Assembly: GCA_013152685.1 (NCBI GenBank)
Contig: JAADFX010000130.1
Span: 13,913-62,453 of the forward strand
From: Methanobacteriota archaeon
GTDB lineage: Archaea > Hydrothermarchaeota > Hydrothermarchaeia > Hydrothermarchaeales > BMS3B
DNA length: 48,541 nt
Direction: 5' to 3'
The number at the start of each line of letters is the position of its first letter. Position 1 is the first letter of the stretch. The notes beneath the pieces were generated by a model. The model ran no database searches. It saw nothing but the letters and a program-made list of their open reading frames with translations, and had not been told where the DNA came from. The position numbers were made by a program, and so were the translations under genes. Positions 40,604 through 48,541 of the stretch are shown here, piece by piece.

Positions 40604-42397
40604 ATGCGGCTTTTCTGGCTCGACAGCGAGGAGTTCAGGTACCTCAGGAAGTGGTCCACAATTGCAACCCTAATAGGAGTGATCTCCGGTGTGGGGGCGA
40701 TAATCTTCTACGAGCTTCTCAACCTGGGCACAGAACTCTTCCTAGGGAAAGGTGCGGGCTTCGTACCGCCTAGGGCGGGGGTGTCCCTTCACGAGGCGCT
40801 GGCCTGGACTCCGCCCCCCGAGCCCCTGATGATCCTGCCCGTTATAGTCCTGGGTGGGCTGCTGTCGGGAATCCTGGTGTTCACCCTCGCACCCGAGGCG
40901 GAGGGTCACGGCACCGACGCCGCAATACGCGCCTTCCACAGGGAGGGAGGAAGGATACGCCGGCGGATTCCGCTGGTGAAGATGGCAGCCTCTGTGCTCA
41001 CCATCTCCACCGGAGGAAGCGCCGGCAGAGAGGGCCCAATCGCACAAATTGGAGCGGGCTTCGGCTCCTTGGTGGGGGAGGTGTTCCGGCTGAGTGAGCG
41101 CGACCGCAGGATAGCCCTGGCGGTGGGCATAGGCGCCGGGGTGGGGAGCATATTCAAGGCGCCCCTGGGCGGCGCATTGCTGAGCACTGAGATCCTCTAC
41201 AGGCAGGACTTCGAGAAGGAGGCGCTCATACCCAGCGTAATCGCCAGCGTCGTGGGCTACTCCATCTTCGCCATGTACGACGGGTTCTCACCCGTATTTG
41301 CGGCGCAACCCTACCAGTGGAGCCTGGCGCAGATACCCCTCTACATGCTCCTGGGCGCTGCCTGTGCCGGCGTGGGAATCCTCTACATAAAGGCCTTCTA
41401 CTCCACAAAGGCCTTCGACAGGCTGAAGATAAAGAGGCACATCAAGCCCGCGCTGGGAGCCCTCGCCGTGGGCGTCCTAGCGCTGGCGCTTATGGAGGCG
41501 CTCCCCCAGGCGAAGGGGGCGGCGGGGCTCGGCGCCCTGGGGATGGGCTACGGGTTTATACAGCTCGCCCTGTACAACGCCCTGCCCCTCGAGGTGATGT
41601 TTACCCTGATATTTGCAAAGATAGCAGCCACCGCCCTGACCATAGGTAGCGGTGGCTCGGGGGGAGTGTTTGCCCAGGGGATGGTGATAGGGGCGATGGT
41701 GGGCGGCACTGTGGGCGCCATCTTCGCAGAACTCTTCCCCGGGCTGGTTACGCCGGAGGCGGTGCCCGCCTTCGTGATCATAGGGATGATGGCCCTCTTC
41801 GGCGGCGTGAGCAAGGCACCCATCGCGGTGCTGATAATGGTGAGTGAGATGACTGGCGACTACTCCCTCCTGTTCCCGGCGATGGTGGCAATTGTCGGCT
41901 CCTACAGCCTGACGGGGAAGCACAGCATATACAGCGAGCAGGTACCCACGCGGATACACTCCCCGGCGCATGCGGAGGAGTACTTCCGCGACCTGCTGCG
42001 CATTCACAGGGTAAGCGACGCCATGCGCAGCGAGTTCCCCACCACCACGAGGGGTGAGAGCCTGAGCGGGGCAATGCTCAAGATGCGCCACGGAGTCAGC
42101 GCGCTGCCCATCGTCGAGAGGGGGAGGATAGAGGGGATAGTGAGACTGCGCGACATAGTGGCGGTGCCGGTGGAGAAGTGGGGCGAGACCAGGGTGGAGG
42201 AGGTGATGCGCGAGAAGTACTCCACCATAACCCCCGACAGGTCGCTCTACGAGGCCCTGGACTTCATGGAGCGGCGCGGCGTGGGGACGCTGGTGGTGGT
42301 GTCACCGGAGGACCCCGAAAAGCCGCTTGGGCTGCTGCTCAAGAGGGACGTGATAAAGATTGGGGAGGCAAAGCTGGGGAAGAAGCCTAACACTTGA
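40604..42397 (+). CDS. ClC-family chloride channel/antiporter with C-terminal CBS pair
   Basis: The start MRLFWLDSEEF lies at 40604. ClC motifs are GGSAGREGP and GGSGGVFAQ. About 10-12 TM helices are present. Two CBS-like repeats follow (VSDAM...ALPIVERGRIEGIV, VEEVM...TLVVVSPED). Confidence 0.87.
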   Translation: MRLFWLDSEEFRYLRKWSTIATLIGVISGVGAIIFYELLNLGTELFLGKGAGFVPPRAGVSLHEALAWTPPPEPLMILPVIVLGGLLSGILVFTLAPEAEGHGTDAAIRAFHREGGRIRRRIPLVKMAASVLTISTGGSAGREGPIAQIGAGFGSLVGEVFRLSERDRRIALAVGIGAGVGSIFKAPLGGALLSTEILYRQDFEKEALIPSVIASVVGYSIFAMYDGFSPVFAAQPYQWSLAQIPLYMLLGAACAGVGILYIKAFYSTKAFDRLKIKRHIKPALGALAVGVLALALMEALPQAKGAAGLGALGMGYGFIQLALYNALPLEVMFTLIFAKIAATALTIGSGGSGGVFAQGMVIGAMVGGTVGAIFAELFPGLVTPEAVPAFVIIGMMALFGGVSKAPIAVLIMVSEMTGDYSLLFPAMVAIVGSYSLTGKHSIYSEQVPTRIHSPAHAEEYFRDLLRIHRVSDAMRSEFPTTTRGESLSGAMLKMRHGVSALPIVERGRIEGIVRLRDIVAVPVEKWGETRVEEVMREKYSTITPDRSLYEALDFMERRGVGTLVVVSPEDPEKPLGLLLKRDVIKIGEAKLGKKPNT

Positions 42398-42854
42398 GCA
42401 CCGAGAAGTAGTCCTCCTCCCTTATGTCCGAGGGTACCAGCAGCACGGGTATCTTCCTCTTCTTCAGTATTTCCGGCAGGTGGGGCTTCTCCACAAGCTC
42501 CCTCAGCCACCCCGTGGGGGAGTAGCCCACTATCACCAGCTTTATGTCCTCATCTCCCTCCAGCTCCTTCTGGAGCACCTCGTGGGATATGCCACTCTTA
42601 ACGCTGTACTCTATGTTGAGGCTGAGCTCCCTGAAGACCCTGAGCTCCTCCGTGGCTCGAGCCTCCACCTCCTCACGTAGGGCGTCCACACTGCGCTCGT
42701 GGAGTCCGCCGCCTATAAGCTCCACCGCATACCTCTCGTCGGCTATGAAGAGCAGCTTTATGTCGTACTTGATGGAGCACGCCAGGCCTATGGTGTAGCG
42801 TTCCACCGCCCTTCCTTCTCCCACTCCTTCGGATACCAGGAGTATCTTCGGCAC
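42387..42854 (-). CDS. Universal stress protein (UspA family)
   Basis: The GTG start at 42854 (MPKILLVSEG) follows AGGGAGG. The C-terminal G-x2-G-x9-G(S/T)-like region is VGYSPTGWLRELVEKPHLPEILKKRKIPVLLV. Confidence 0.7.
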   Translation of the reverse strand: MPKILLVSEGVGEGRAVERYTIGLACSIKYDIKLLFIADERYAVELIGGGLHERSVDALREEVEARATEELRVFRELSLNIEYSVKSGISHEVLQKELEGDEDIKLVIVGYSPTGWLRELVEKPHLPEILKKRKIPVLLVPSDIREEDYFSVLKC

Positions 42855-42893
42855 ACGTCTCGCCTCCCTGCATAACCTTAAGGGCACCCTCTA

Positions 42894-44186
42894 TTACTTA
42901 ACCTTTCCGGAGGAAGCCCGGGGACGCACCCCCGCGAAGTCCTCAAGCCTGGACTGCTGCAGCAGGGTGCTCCTCCTCAGGTACTCCCTGAGGGGAATCT
43001 TAAGCCTCCCGGCAATGCTCTCCAGGGCCTCGCCGAGGGTGGAGAAGCGCTCATACCCGCGCCTGAAGGCCTGCCTCACATTCTCCCTGACCTCCCAGAC
43101 CCCAACCGGCATTATGTAGCCCTCATATATCTCGCGGAAGACCACCACACCAGCCTGGCGGCGCATCTTTGCGAGGGCTTCCAGCACCGCGAAGCGCGCG
43201 GCGTAGTAGCCCCCTCCCTCCTGCTCGGCGTAGCTGCTCCTGCCGTGGTAGCCCTCGTGCTCCACATTTATCGCGGGCTTGCTCAGAGCCAGGGTCCACA
43301 GCGTATTGGGCGCCCACGCCTCGAACTGCTCGTACTCCCACTTTCTGGGCATGAGAAGAACCTCGAAGTGGTTGTCCAGGTAGGTGTTGTGGTAGACGCG
43401 GTACTCGTTGATTACCGGATAACGGTGGACCTCCCTGAGCAGCGCCTTCCCCAGGAGGTCGTCCACGGCGGTGATGCTCCAGCGCGTGGGCACCAGCCTG
43501 CGGCGCTCCTCGTAGCCGAGAGCGCCCGAGGAGAGCACCCGGGTGAGGTAGTACACGTCGTAGCCCTCGCGGTAGAGCCTGGTTGCGGCGAAGCTCGCGC
43601 TCACCTCGTCTCCCGCCAGTGCCTCCACCTTCCGCGGAATCTTCGGGTTCTCGGCTATGCTCAGCTTCTTCAGGGGCGCCGCTGGACCTAAAGGCTGGGT
43701 GAGGGGCGAGAAGCTTATCCCGTAGCTGGGCCTGCGCTCAAAAACCAGCTCGGTGTCGGGGGCGTTCACCGCGAGGGCGACCTCCTGCGCCTGCTCCACT
43801 ATGCGGGAGCGCTGCGACACGTGCTGCCTCACCTTTGAGCGCACCAGCAGGGAGCGCATGCGTATTATTTCGTCGAAGTCGAGGCCGTACCACCTCGCCG
43901 GGTCGTCGTAGAGCTCGGGGTTCTCCTCACTCAGGGAGGTGAGGGGTCCCACGAAGACGTTGGGGTAGCCCCTCCAGCCCACAAAAATGCTGGGCGAGGG
44001 GCCGAAGAGGTCCTCCTTCAGCTTCCTCTCTATGGGGCTCCTGATTTTTATCCTGGCGAGCAGCGGACAGGAGGGGCGGCCGCACAGGAGTCTGCCGCCC
44101 TTGCAGGCCAGGCACAGCTCCCGCGACATGGGGCGGAGCTTGAGTATTGCCCTGACTATCTCGCAGCTGGGCTTCTTTTCGGGCAT
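42894..44186 (-). CDS. nreA: Nre-family archaeal DNA-repair protein (NreA-like)
   Basis: The N-terminal Cys cluster is CLACKGGRLLCGRPSCPLL, followed by LFGPSPSIFVGWRGYPNVFVGPL. These are characteristic of the archaeal Nre (DUF650/DUF651) family. Confidence 0.75.
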   Translation of the reverse strand: MPEKKPSCEIVRAILKLRPMSRELCLACKGGRLLCGRPSCPLLARIKIRSPIERKLKEDLFGPSPSIFVGWRGYPNVFVGPLTSLSEENPELYDDPARWYGLDFDEIIRMRSLLVRSKVRQHVSQRSRIVEQAQEVALAVNAPDTELVFERRPSYGISFSPLTQPLGPAAPLKKLSIAENPKIPRKVEALAGDEVSASFAATRLYREGYDVYYLTRVLSSGALGYEERRRLVPTRWSITAVDDLLGKALLREVHRYPVINEYRVYHNTYLDNHFEVLLMPRKWEYEQFEAWAPNTLWTLALSKPAINVEHEGYHGRSSYAEQEGGGYYAARFAVLEALAKMRRQAGVVVFREIYEGYIMPVGVWEVRENVRQAFRRGYERFSTLGEALESIAGRLKIPLREYLRRSTLLQQSRLEDFAGVRPRASSGKVK

Positions 44187-44217
44187 TAAGCTAATATCCC
44201 CGCCGGAATTAATGAAG

Positions 44218-44586
44218 CTAACCCAGGGTTCTGAGCTTCTTGAGCGACTCTATGCTCCCCGACTTCCTGTAGAACTCCTTCGCCTTCTCGGTCATGCCCC
44301 TCCTGGCATAGACGTCTCCGAGGAGGTTGTAAACCACCTCGTTGCCATAGACGCCAAGGCTTAAGGCGTAGTCCAGCAGCTCCTCCGCCCTGCGCAGATT
44401 CCCCTGCCTCAGCGCCTGCTCCGCCTGGGTGCAGTAGTCCATCTTCTTCCTGTACTTCCTCTTCAGGGCCTCGAGCTCCTCAGCAGAGGCGTGCTTCTTC
44501 AAAAGCTGGGTGACCTCCTCGGCACTCAGCTCCTCCGGGTTAATTCCGTACTTCTTCAGAAGCTCCCTTTCCTGCCTGGGAGTCAT
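44218..44586 (-). CDS. Hypothetical helical (TPR-like) protein
   Basis: 122-aa charged helical ORF. The C-terminal half has TPR-like A/Y/G spacing (LLGDVYARRGMTEKAKEFYRKS). Confidence 0.45.
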   Translation of the reverse strand: MTPRQERELLKKYGINPEELSAEEVTQLLKKHASAEELEALKRKYRKKMDYCTQAEQALRQGNLRRAEELLDYALSLGVYGNEVVYNLLGDVYARRGMTEKAKEFYRKSGSIESLKKLRTLG

Positions 44587-44627
44587 GGGAGAACCTCCGC
44601 GAACTGTGGAAACAGTAGCTCAAGAGT

Positions 44628-44843
44628 TTAAACACTCGCCTCCACCTCACCCTCCTCCTGCCTCATTGCTATTTTAGTAGCCTCAGCCAGAAACTCACTG
44701 GCATCGAGAATTTCCAGGAGCACAGGCTTTTCATCCTTCGTAAAGTGCACTATTATGGGGCCCACTTCTTCCGCATAATCTATAGGCTCCTCCGATACCT
44801 CGACGAGAAGTATATCCTCCTTCCGGCTGTATCTAATCCTCAT
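44628..44843 (-). CDS. DUF2283-family small protein (putative antitoxin partner)
   Basis: MRIRYSRKEDILLVEVSEEPIDYAEEVGPIIVHFTKDEKPVLLEILDASEF matches the DUF2283 pattern. It overlaps the upstream DUF4258-like gene by 11 nt. The region is low in GC. Confidence 0.68.
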   Translation of the reverse strand: MRIRYSRKEDILLVEVSEEPIDYAEEVGPIIVHFTKDEKPVLLEILDASEFLAEATKIAMRQEEGEVEASV

Positions 44844-45084
44844 ATCTTTCCCTCCTTGCAGGATAAAATGTGATTATCACAATATCTTCTCCTTTTTCAT
44901 AAACCACCCTCAATAGATGTTCTGCGTCAATTCTTTTTTGAGCTATTAAGCGCCCCTTTCTACCCTCCATTATTTTGTCAGGTTTGAGGACAGTATCTTC
45001 TACCTGTTTTTTTGTAACTCTGAACCCATGGTTCCCAAGAATTTCAAACTTTAGTTCTGCATGGTCGGTGAAGACAATTTTCAT
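44833..45084 (-). CDS. DUF4258-family small protein (putative toxin partner)
   Basis: The sequence is FTDHAELKFEILGNHGFRVTKKQVEDTVLKPDKI...LLRVVYEKGEDIVIITFYPARRERY. The H-A-x3-(R/K) start and the ...I.T.Y.. end are typical of the family. Confidence 0.65.
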   Translation of the reverse strand: MKIVFTDHAELKFEILGNHGFRVTKKQVEDTVLKPDKIMEGRKGRLIAQKRIDAEHLLRVVYEKGEDIVIITFYPARRERYED

Positions 45085-45195
45085 GATTTCTAATATTGCT
45101 GTGTGATTAAATAAATACTTACTTCGATGAAGCTTGCTGAGGAGGGTTAAAGTTATACCCGGGGAATGCAGAAAAGCTTTTCAGGAGGCTGAGAA

Positions 45196-46827
45196 ATGAC
45201 AGAGCTCCTCTACCTCAGGGACAGCTACCTGCGAAGCTTTGAGGCAACTGTGGAGAAGGTTGAAGGGGGGAAGGTGGTGCTCTCGGCCACCGCCTTCTAT
45301 CCCGAGGGGGGCGGGCAGCCATCCGACACCGGTGCGCTGCTCTGCGAGGGCGAGAGCCACCCCGTGGTGAAGGTGAAGCGCGAGGGTGGAGAGGTGGTGC
45401 ACCACTGCGAGGGCGAGCTCGAAGAGGGCAAAACTGTGAGGGGGGAGATAGACTGGGAGAGGCGCTACACCTTCATGCGCTACCACACGGCGCTGCACCT
45501 CCTGGCTAGGGTGCTCTACGACGAGCTCGGCGCTGTGGTGACGGGAAACCAGATAGGCCTGGAAAAGTCGCGCCTGGACTTCGATACTGCAAGCTTTGAC
45601 CGCTCCCTTCTGCCCGAGATAGAGGCGAAGACGAATGAGGCAATAGCCCGGGGGCTCGAGGTGAGGACGTACACCCTGCCCAGGGAGGAGGCCTTCGCAA
45701 GGCTCGACCCGGAGAAGACGCGGTTAGATTTAATCCCACGGCACATCCGCGAGATTCGCCTGGTGGAGATCGCGGGCTTCGACGTGGACGCCTGCGGAGG
45801 TACGCACGTGAGGAACACCCGGGAAGTGGGCGGGATAGAGATAGCAGGCTTCAGGAGCAAGGGCAGGAGGAACAAGCGCCTGGAGGTGGTGCTCTCCGCA
45901 AAGCTTTTTAGCCCATTCTGTGAAGACCCTACAATGAATTTTCAGAAAAGGGCCGTGAGCCGGAGAAGGGTCGCCTTCTCCTTCATCCTCGCCTTTTTGA
46001 TAATATACCTGATGCTGTCCAGCATCTCAACGGAGGAGTTGGTTGAAAATTTAAAGAAGGTGGACCCCGCCACCTACGCCGGTGGACTCCTGGTCTTCTA
46101 CCTCTCGGTTTTCCTTAGAGGGGTGCGCTGGAAGTACCTGCTGGACAGGGTTAACATAAGGCTGGGGCTGAGGGAAAATCTGACGGTGTACTTCCTATCC
46201 TGGTTCTTCAACTGCCTGCTTCCGGCGAAGATGGGGGATGTGTACAGGGGCTACTACCTGAGGCCCCACTTTTCCAAGGTCATGGGGAGGGTCCTGCTGG
46301 AGAGGGTGGTGGACATTGTAACCCTCGTGGCTCTGGTGGGGCTGGTTTCCCTCCTCTACGTCAGGGAGGCGCCACCCCAAATCTCCAGCGCAATAGAGGC
46401 GGGCGTGCTGCTCTCCCTGGTGGCGGTGGCGGTAATCGTGGGGCTGAGGCGAATAAACCTCTCCAGGAAGTTTCTGGTGTCCTTCAGGGACGGGGCGTCC
46501 GTCAGCGCCTCCGAGGTTCCCCCGCTTCTTATCGCAAGCTCCGTAATATGGCTCCTGGAGTCGGGAAGGCTCTACCTGGTCGCCGGTGCGGCGGGGGTGG
46601 AGCTGGGCTTTGGCGTCGCAGTGCTTATCGCCCTGGCGGCGGCGCTGCTGACAGCCTTCCCCACGCCCGCGGGCCTGGGCGCGGTGGAGCTGGGTATTGC
46701 GGGGCTCCTCATCCTCTTCGGCACCGGAAAGGAGGCGGCGGTCTCCATAGCCCTGCTGGACAGGCTTATAAGCTACTGGAGTATACTTGTGTCGGGTGGT
46801 ATCCTGTATGCGCTCAGAAGGGGCTAG
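45196..46827 (+). CDS. alaX: Single ORF joining an AlaX-type alanyl-tRNA editing domain (aa 1-235) to a flippase-like / LPG_synthase_TM (UPF0104) membrane domain (from Met247, nt 45934)
   Basis: The N-terminal part shows FYPEGGGQPSDTG, MRYHTALHLL and CGGTHV (HxxxH...CxxxH zinc site). An AT-rich 40-nt linker without a stop follows. From MNFQKRAVSRRRVAFSFIL onward there are about 8 TM helices, with LPAKMGDVYR and PAGLGAVE typical of UPF0104. Confidence 0.7.
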   Translation: MTELLYLRDSYLRSFEATVEKVEGGKVVLSATAFYPEGGGQPSDTGALLCEGESHPVVKVKREGGEVVHHCEGELEEGKTVRGEIDWERRYTFMRYHTALHLLARVLYDELGAVVTGNQIGLEKSRLDFDTASFDRSLLPEIEAKTNEAIARGLEVRTYTLPREEAFARLDPEKTRLDLIPRHIREIRLVEIAGFDVDACGGTHVRNTREVGGIEIAGFRSKGRRNKRLEVVLSAKLFSPFCEDPTMNFQKRAVSRRRVAFSFILAFLIIYLMLSSISTEELVENLKKVDPATYAGGLLVFYLSVFLRGVRWKYLLDRVNIRLGLRENLTVYFLSWFFNCLLPAKMGDVYRGYYLRPHFSKVMGRVLLERVVDIVTLVALVGLVSLLYVREAPPQISSAIEAGVLLSLVAVAVIVGLRRINLSRKFLVSFRDGASVSASEVPPLLIASSVIWLLESGRLYLVAGAAGVELGFGVAVLIALAAALLTAFPTPAGLGAVELGIAGLLILFGTGKEAAVSIALLDRLISYWSILVSGGILYALRRG

Positions 46828-47509
46828 GTTCTCCCTGGTGATACCAGCGTACAACGAGGAGGAGAGGATAGGGGAGGTGCTGAGGGCATACCTGGCTGCT
46901 GCCGACGAGGTCATCGTGGTGGCAAACGGGTGCACCGACGCCACGGTGGAGATTGTGGAGGAGTTCTCCAAGAGGTGCAGGAACCTGAGCCTCCTGGTGT
47001 TCAGGGAGAGGCTGGGAAAGGGCGGCGCCGTTGTGGAGGGGCTCAGAAGAGCCTCCGGCGAGGTCGTCGGCTTCGTGGACTCTGACCTGTCGGTGCCACC
47101 GGAAGAGCTCAGGCGGCTGGTGGGGGTGCTCGTGGAGGAGGGGTGGGACTGTGTGATAGGGAGCAGACGGGCACCGGGGGCGGTGGTTCAGATAAGACAG
47201 CCCCTCCTGAGGAGGCTCTCCAGCAGGGGGTTCAACGCCCTGGTGAGGCTCCTCTTCGGGCTTAAGTTCAGGGACACCCAGTGCGGGGCAAAGGTGTTTA
47301 AAAGGGAGGCGCTGGAGGATGTGCTTCCCTCAATAACCTCAAGGGGGTACGAGTTCGATGTGGAGCTGCTCTGGAAGCTCTCCAGGAGGGGGTGCAGAAT
47401 CAGGGAGGTGGGAATCCGCTGGCGCCACTCGGGAAAGTCGAAGTTCAGGCTGCTCTACGGCCCCGAGATGGTGCTGAGCCTCCTGCGAATACGCCTCCTC
47501 GGCGGGTAG
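46808..47509 (+). CDS. Family-2 glycosyltransferase (dolichyl/polyprenyl-phosphate glycosyltransferase-like)
   Basis: FSLVIPAYNEEERI, VVANGCTDAT, the DxD-like FVDSDL, and RDTQCGAKVF. The ATG at 46808 overlaps the previous ORF by 20 nt. Confidence 0.85.
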   Translation: MRSEGARFSLVIPAYNEEERIGEVLRAYLAAADEVIVVANGCTDATVEIVEEFSKRCRNLSLLVFRERLGKGGAVVEGLRRASGEVVGFVDSDLSVPPEELRRLVGVLVEEGWDCVIGSRRAPGAVVQIRQPLLRRLSSRGFNALVRLLFGLKFRDTQCGAKVFKREALEDVLPSITSRGYEFDVELLWKLSRRGCRIREVGIRWRHSGKSKFRLLYGPEMVLSLLRIRLLGG

Positions 47510-48541
47510 CTGGCGAGGAGGAGAAGGGAGAGCAGGGTGATGAGCCACCCGAGCTTCCTGAGGGGAGTGCTCCCGAATTCGACCCTTATTTCCGCAGCTC
47601 CCCCGGGTACCTGAAAGCTGATGAGGCCCCTGGGGTCGGGGTGAACGGGAACCTCAGCGCCGTTGACCAGCACCCTCCACCCCGGGAAGTAGAAGATGGG
47701 CAGGGTGAGGCTTCCTCCCCCTGAGAGGTTCGCCGACATTAAATAAACGTTGCACCCGGGGGAGGTGACCTCCAGGGGCCACTGAACCCTGGGCTCCCGG
47801 CGGAGTTGGGAGAAGCTGGCAGCCCAAAGGGGGAGGAGCTCATTTTCTCCCACTGTGGTGGTGGGACCGAGGCGCTGTATGTTGGCGTAGGTATAGAGGG
47901 AAACCTCCTCCTCAGGCGCCGGGAAGGTCTGGAGTAAGGGCAGGGAGTACACCAGGAAGAGCACCGAGAGGGCAGCCATCAGGAGCTCCCTGCTCCTGCC
48001 CTCCACCAGCAGCAGGGCACTGGCGGAGAGCAGGGAGGTGGCGAAGGCGACCGCCGCGAGAAACCGCCAGGGGAACTGGATAAAGTCTGCGAAGGGTATA
48101 AGCTTCCAGAGGGGTGCGGAGAGGGGCAGGGTCATAAGGGTGGAGAGGAGGAAGATGAGGAGGAGGAAGGCAACGTACTTCCGGGTCAACCTCCTCCAGA
48201 GATTCCTCAGGGCGACGAGGGAGAAGATTAGGTGGATGGCGCCTATCTGGAAGCTCATGCCATCCTCCGGACCCGGAACGCTGCCTCCGAAGCCCCACCT
48301 CTTCTCCACGAGCTGCTGGGGATACACGAAGTGGTCGGCGTAGTGGAAGGTGGGGGCGGTGTTCAGGTACCTGAGCTCCAGGAGGGCGGGAAGCCAGTAG
48401 AAGGAGCTGATACCCATGCCCAGGGCAAGGAAGAGGAGGAGCCTCCTCCTGTGCTCATGCATCAGGGCAAAGATGAGAAGGAAGGGGGTGAAGATGAGGG
48501 CGGTTACGCTGTGGATGAGAACCAGCGCCGCGTAGGAGAGG
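47455..48541 (-). CDS. Large polytopic membrane protein, GT-C-like / COG5617-type (partial; 5' end beyond the window)
   Basis: The reading frame stays open upstream of the track's Met (48462) to the window edge. The sequence contains FYWLPALLELRYL, PQQLVEKRWGFGGSVPGPEDGMSFQIG and the C-terminal extracytoplasmic FYFPGWRVLVNGAEV. The functional call is tentative. Confidence 0.5.
   Translation of the reverse strand, partial: LSYAALVLIHSVTALIFTPFLLIFALMHEHRRRLLLFLALGMGISSFYWLPALLELRYLNTAPTFHYADHFVYPQQLVEKRWGFGGSVPGPEDGMSFQIGAIHLIFSLVALRNLWRRLTRKYVAFLLLIFLLSTLMTLPLSAPLWKLIPFADFIQFPWRFLAAVAFATSLLSASALLLVEGRSRELLMAALSVLFLVYSLPLLQTFPAPEEEVSLYTYANIQRLGPTTTVGENELLPLWAASFSQLRREPRVQWPLEVTSPGCNVYLMSANLSGGGSLTLPIFYFPGWRVLVNGAEVPVHPDPRGLISFQVPGGAAEIRVEFGSTPLRKLGWLITLLSLLLLASYPPRRRIRRRLSTISGP

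Noticed and set aside
47455-47509. 55-nt convergent overlap of the GT2 and GT-C-like genes as a possible regulatory antisense feature
   Set aside because: Both ends are fixed by stop codons, and such overlaps occur in compact archaeal genomes. Nothing beyond the overlap itself supports a special function.
1-48541. CRISPR arrays, rRNA genes, IS elements, transposases and integrases
   Set aside because: I saw no regularly spaced direct repeats, rRNA-like sequence, terminal inverted repeats with transposase ORFs, or integrase genes in the window. The only tandem repeat is the 12-nt promoter motif at 22778-22801.

Overview
The window is a GC-rich archaeal chromosomal segment with short AT-rich intergenic promoters. 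All family calls rest on motifs read by eye; no database search was run. Archaeal markers are dph2, rpl40e, GGGP synthase, archaeal-type pheS/pheT, Tfx and NreA, plus TTTATATA-type TATA boxes and GGAGGTGA-type ribosome-binding sites.

**Flanks**
- The left flank (1-6.5 kb) holds a VapBC toxin-antitoxin pair, a zinc-ribbon/Hsp20-like protein, TatD, a cbiM-(PDGLE/cbiN-like)-cbiO-cbiQ ECF metal importer, a TauE/SafE permease and a LysR regulator.
- The right flank (28-48.5 kb) is mostly housekeeping: a REC protein, a TPR/beta-propeller protein, pheST, GGGPS, rpl40e, tRNA-Arg(GCG), surE and tRNA-Leu(CAG).
- It also holds a PAS histidine kinase, an apparently frameshifted DUF431-like RNA methyltransferase, a THUMP methyltransferase, a ClC-CBS channel, a USP and NreA.
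- It ends with a low-GC DUF4258/DUF2283 pair, an AlaX ORF fused in frame to a flippase-like membrane domain, a GT2 and a partial GT-C-like membrane protein.

**Central block (about 6.5-28 kb)**
- This block is the most interesting part. It reads as a respiratory island.
- It encodes a 9-10-haem c-type cytochrome and an HAO-family octahaem cytochrome. Both end in the same GVCGPT + TM helix + basic tail (CGP-CTERM-like) anchor.
- A polytopic membrane protein with a thrice-repeated H-x-H-L motif follows the HAO gene.
- A tightly coupled operon of napA, an OB-fold lipoprotein, napG, napH, napD and a circularly permuted FrhB-like gene lacks both napB and napC.
- Regulation and export genes include a histidine kinase whose extracytoplasmic sensor carries a CxxCH haem-c site, two paralogous REC + ArsR-type wHTH response regulators, an LVIVD lipoprotein and an unlisted tatA.
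- A molybdenum-cofactor cluster contains moeA, an fmdE-like gene, tfx, mobB, moaE and a ferredoxin.
- napA and the HAO gene share an identically spaced 41-bp upstream element (TTTAACACTA-N19-TTTTTAAAAAAA in gene orientation), which suggests co-regulation.
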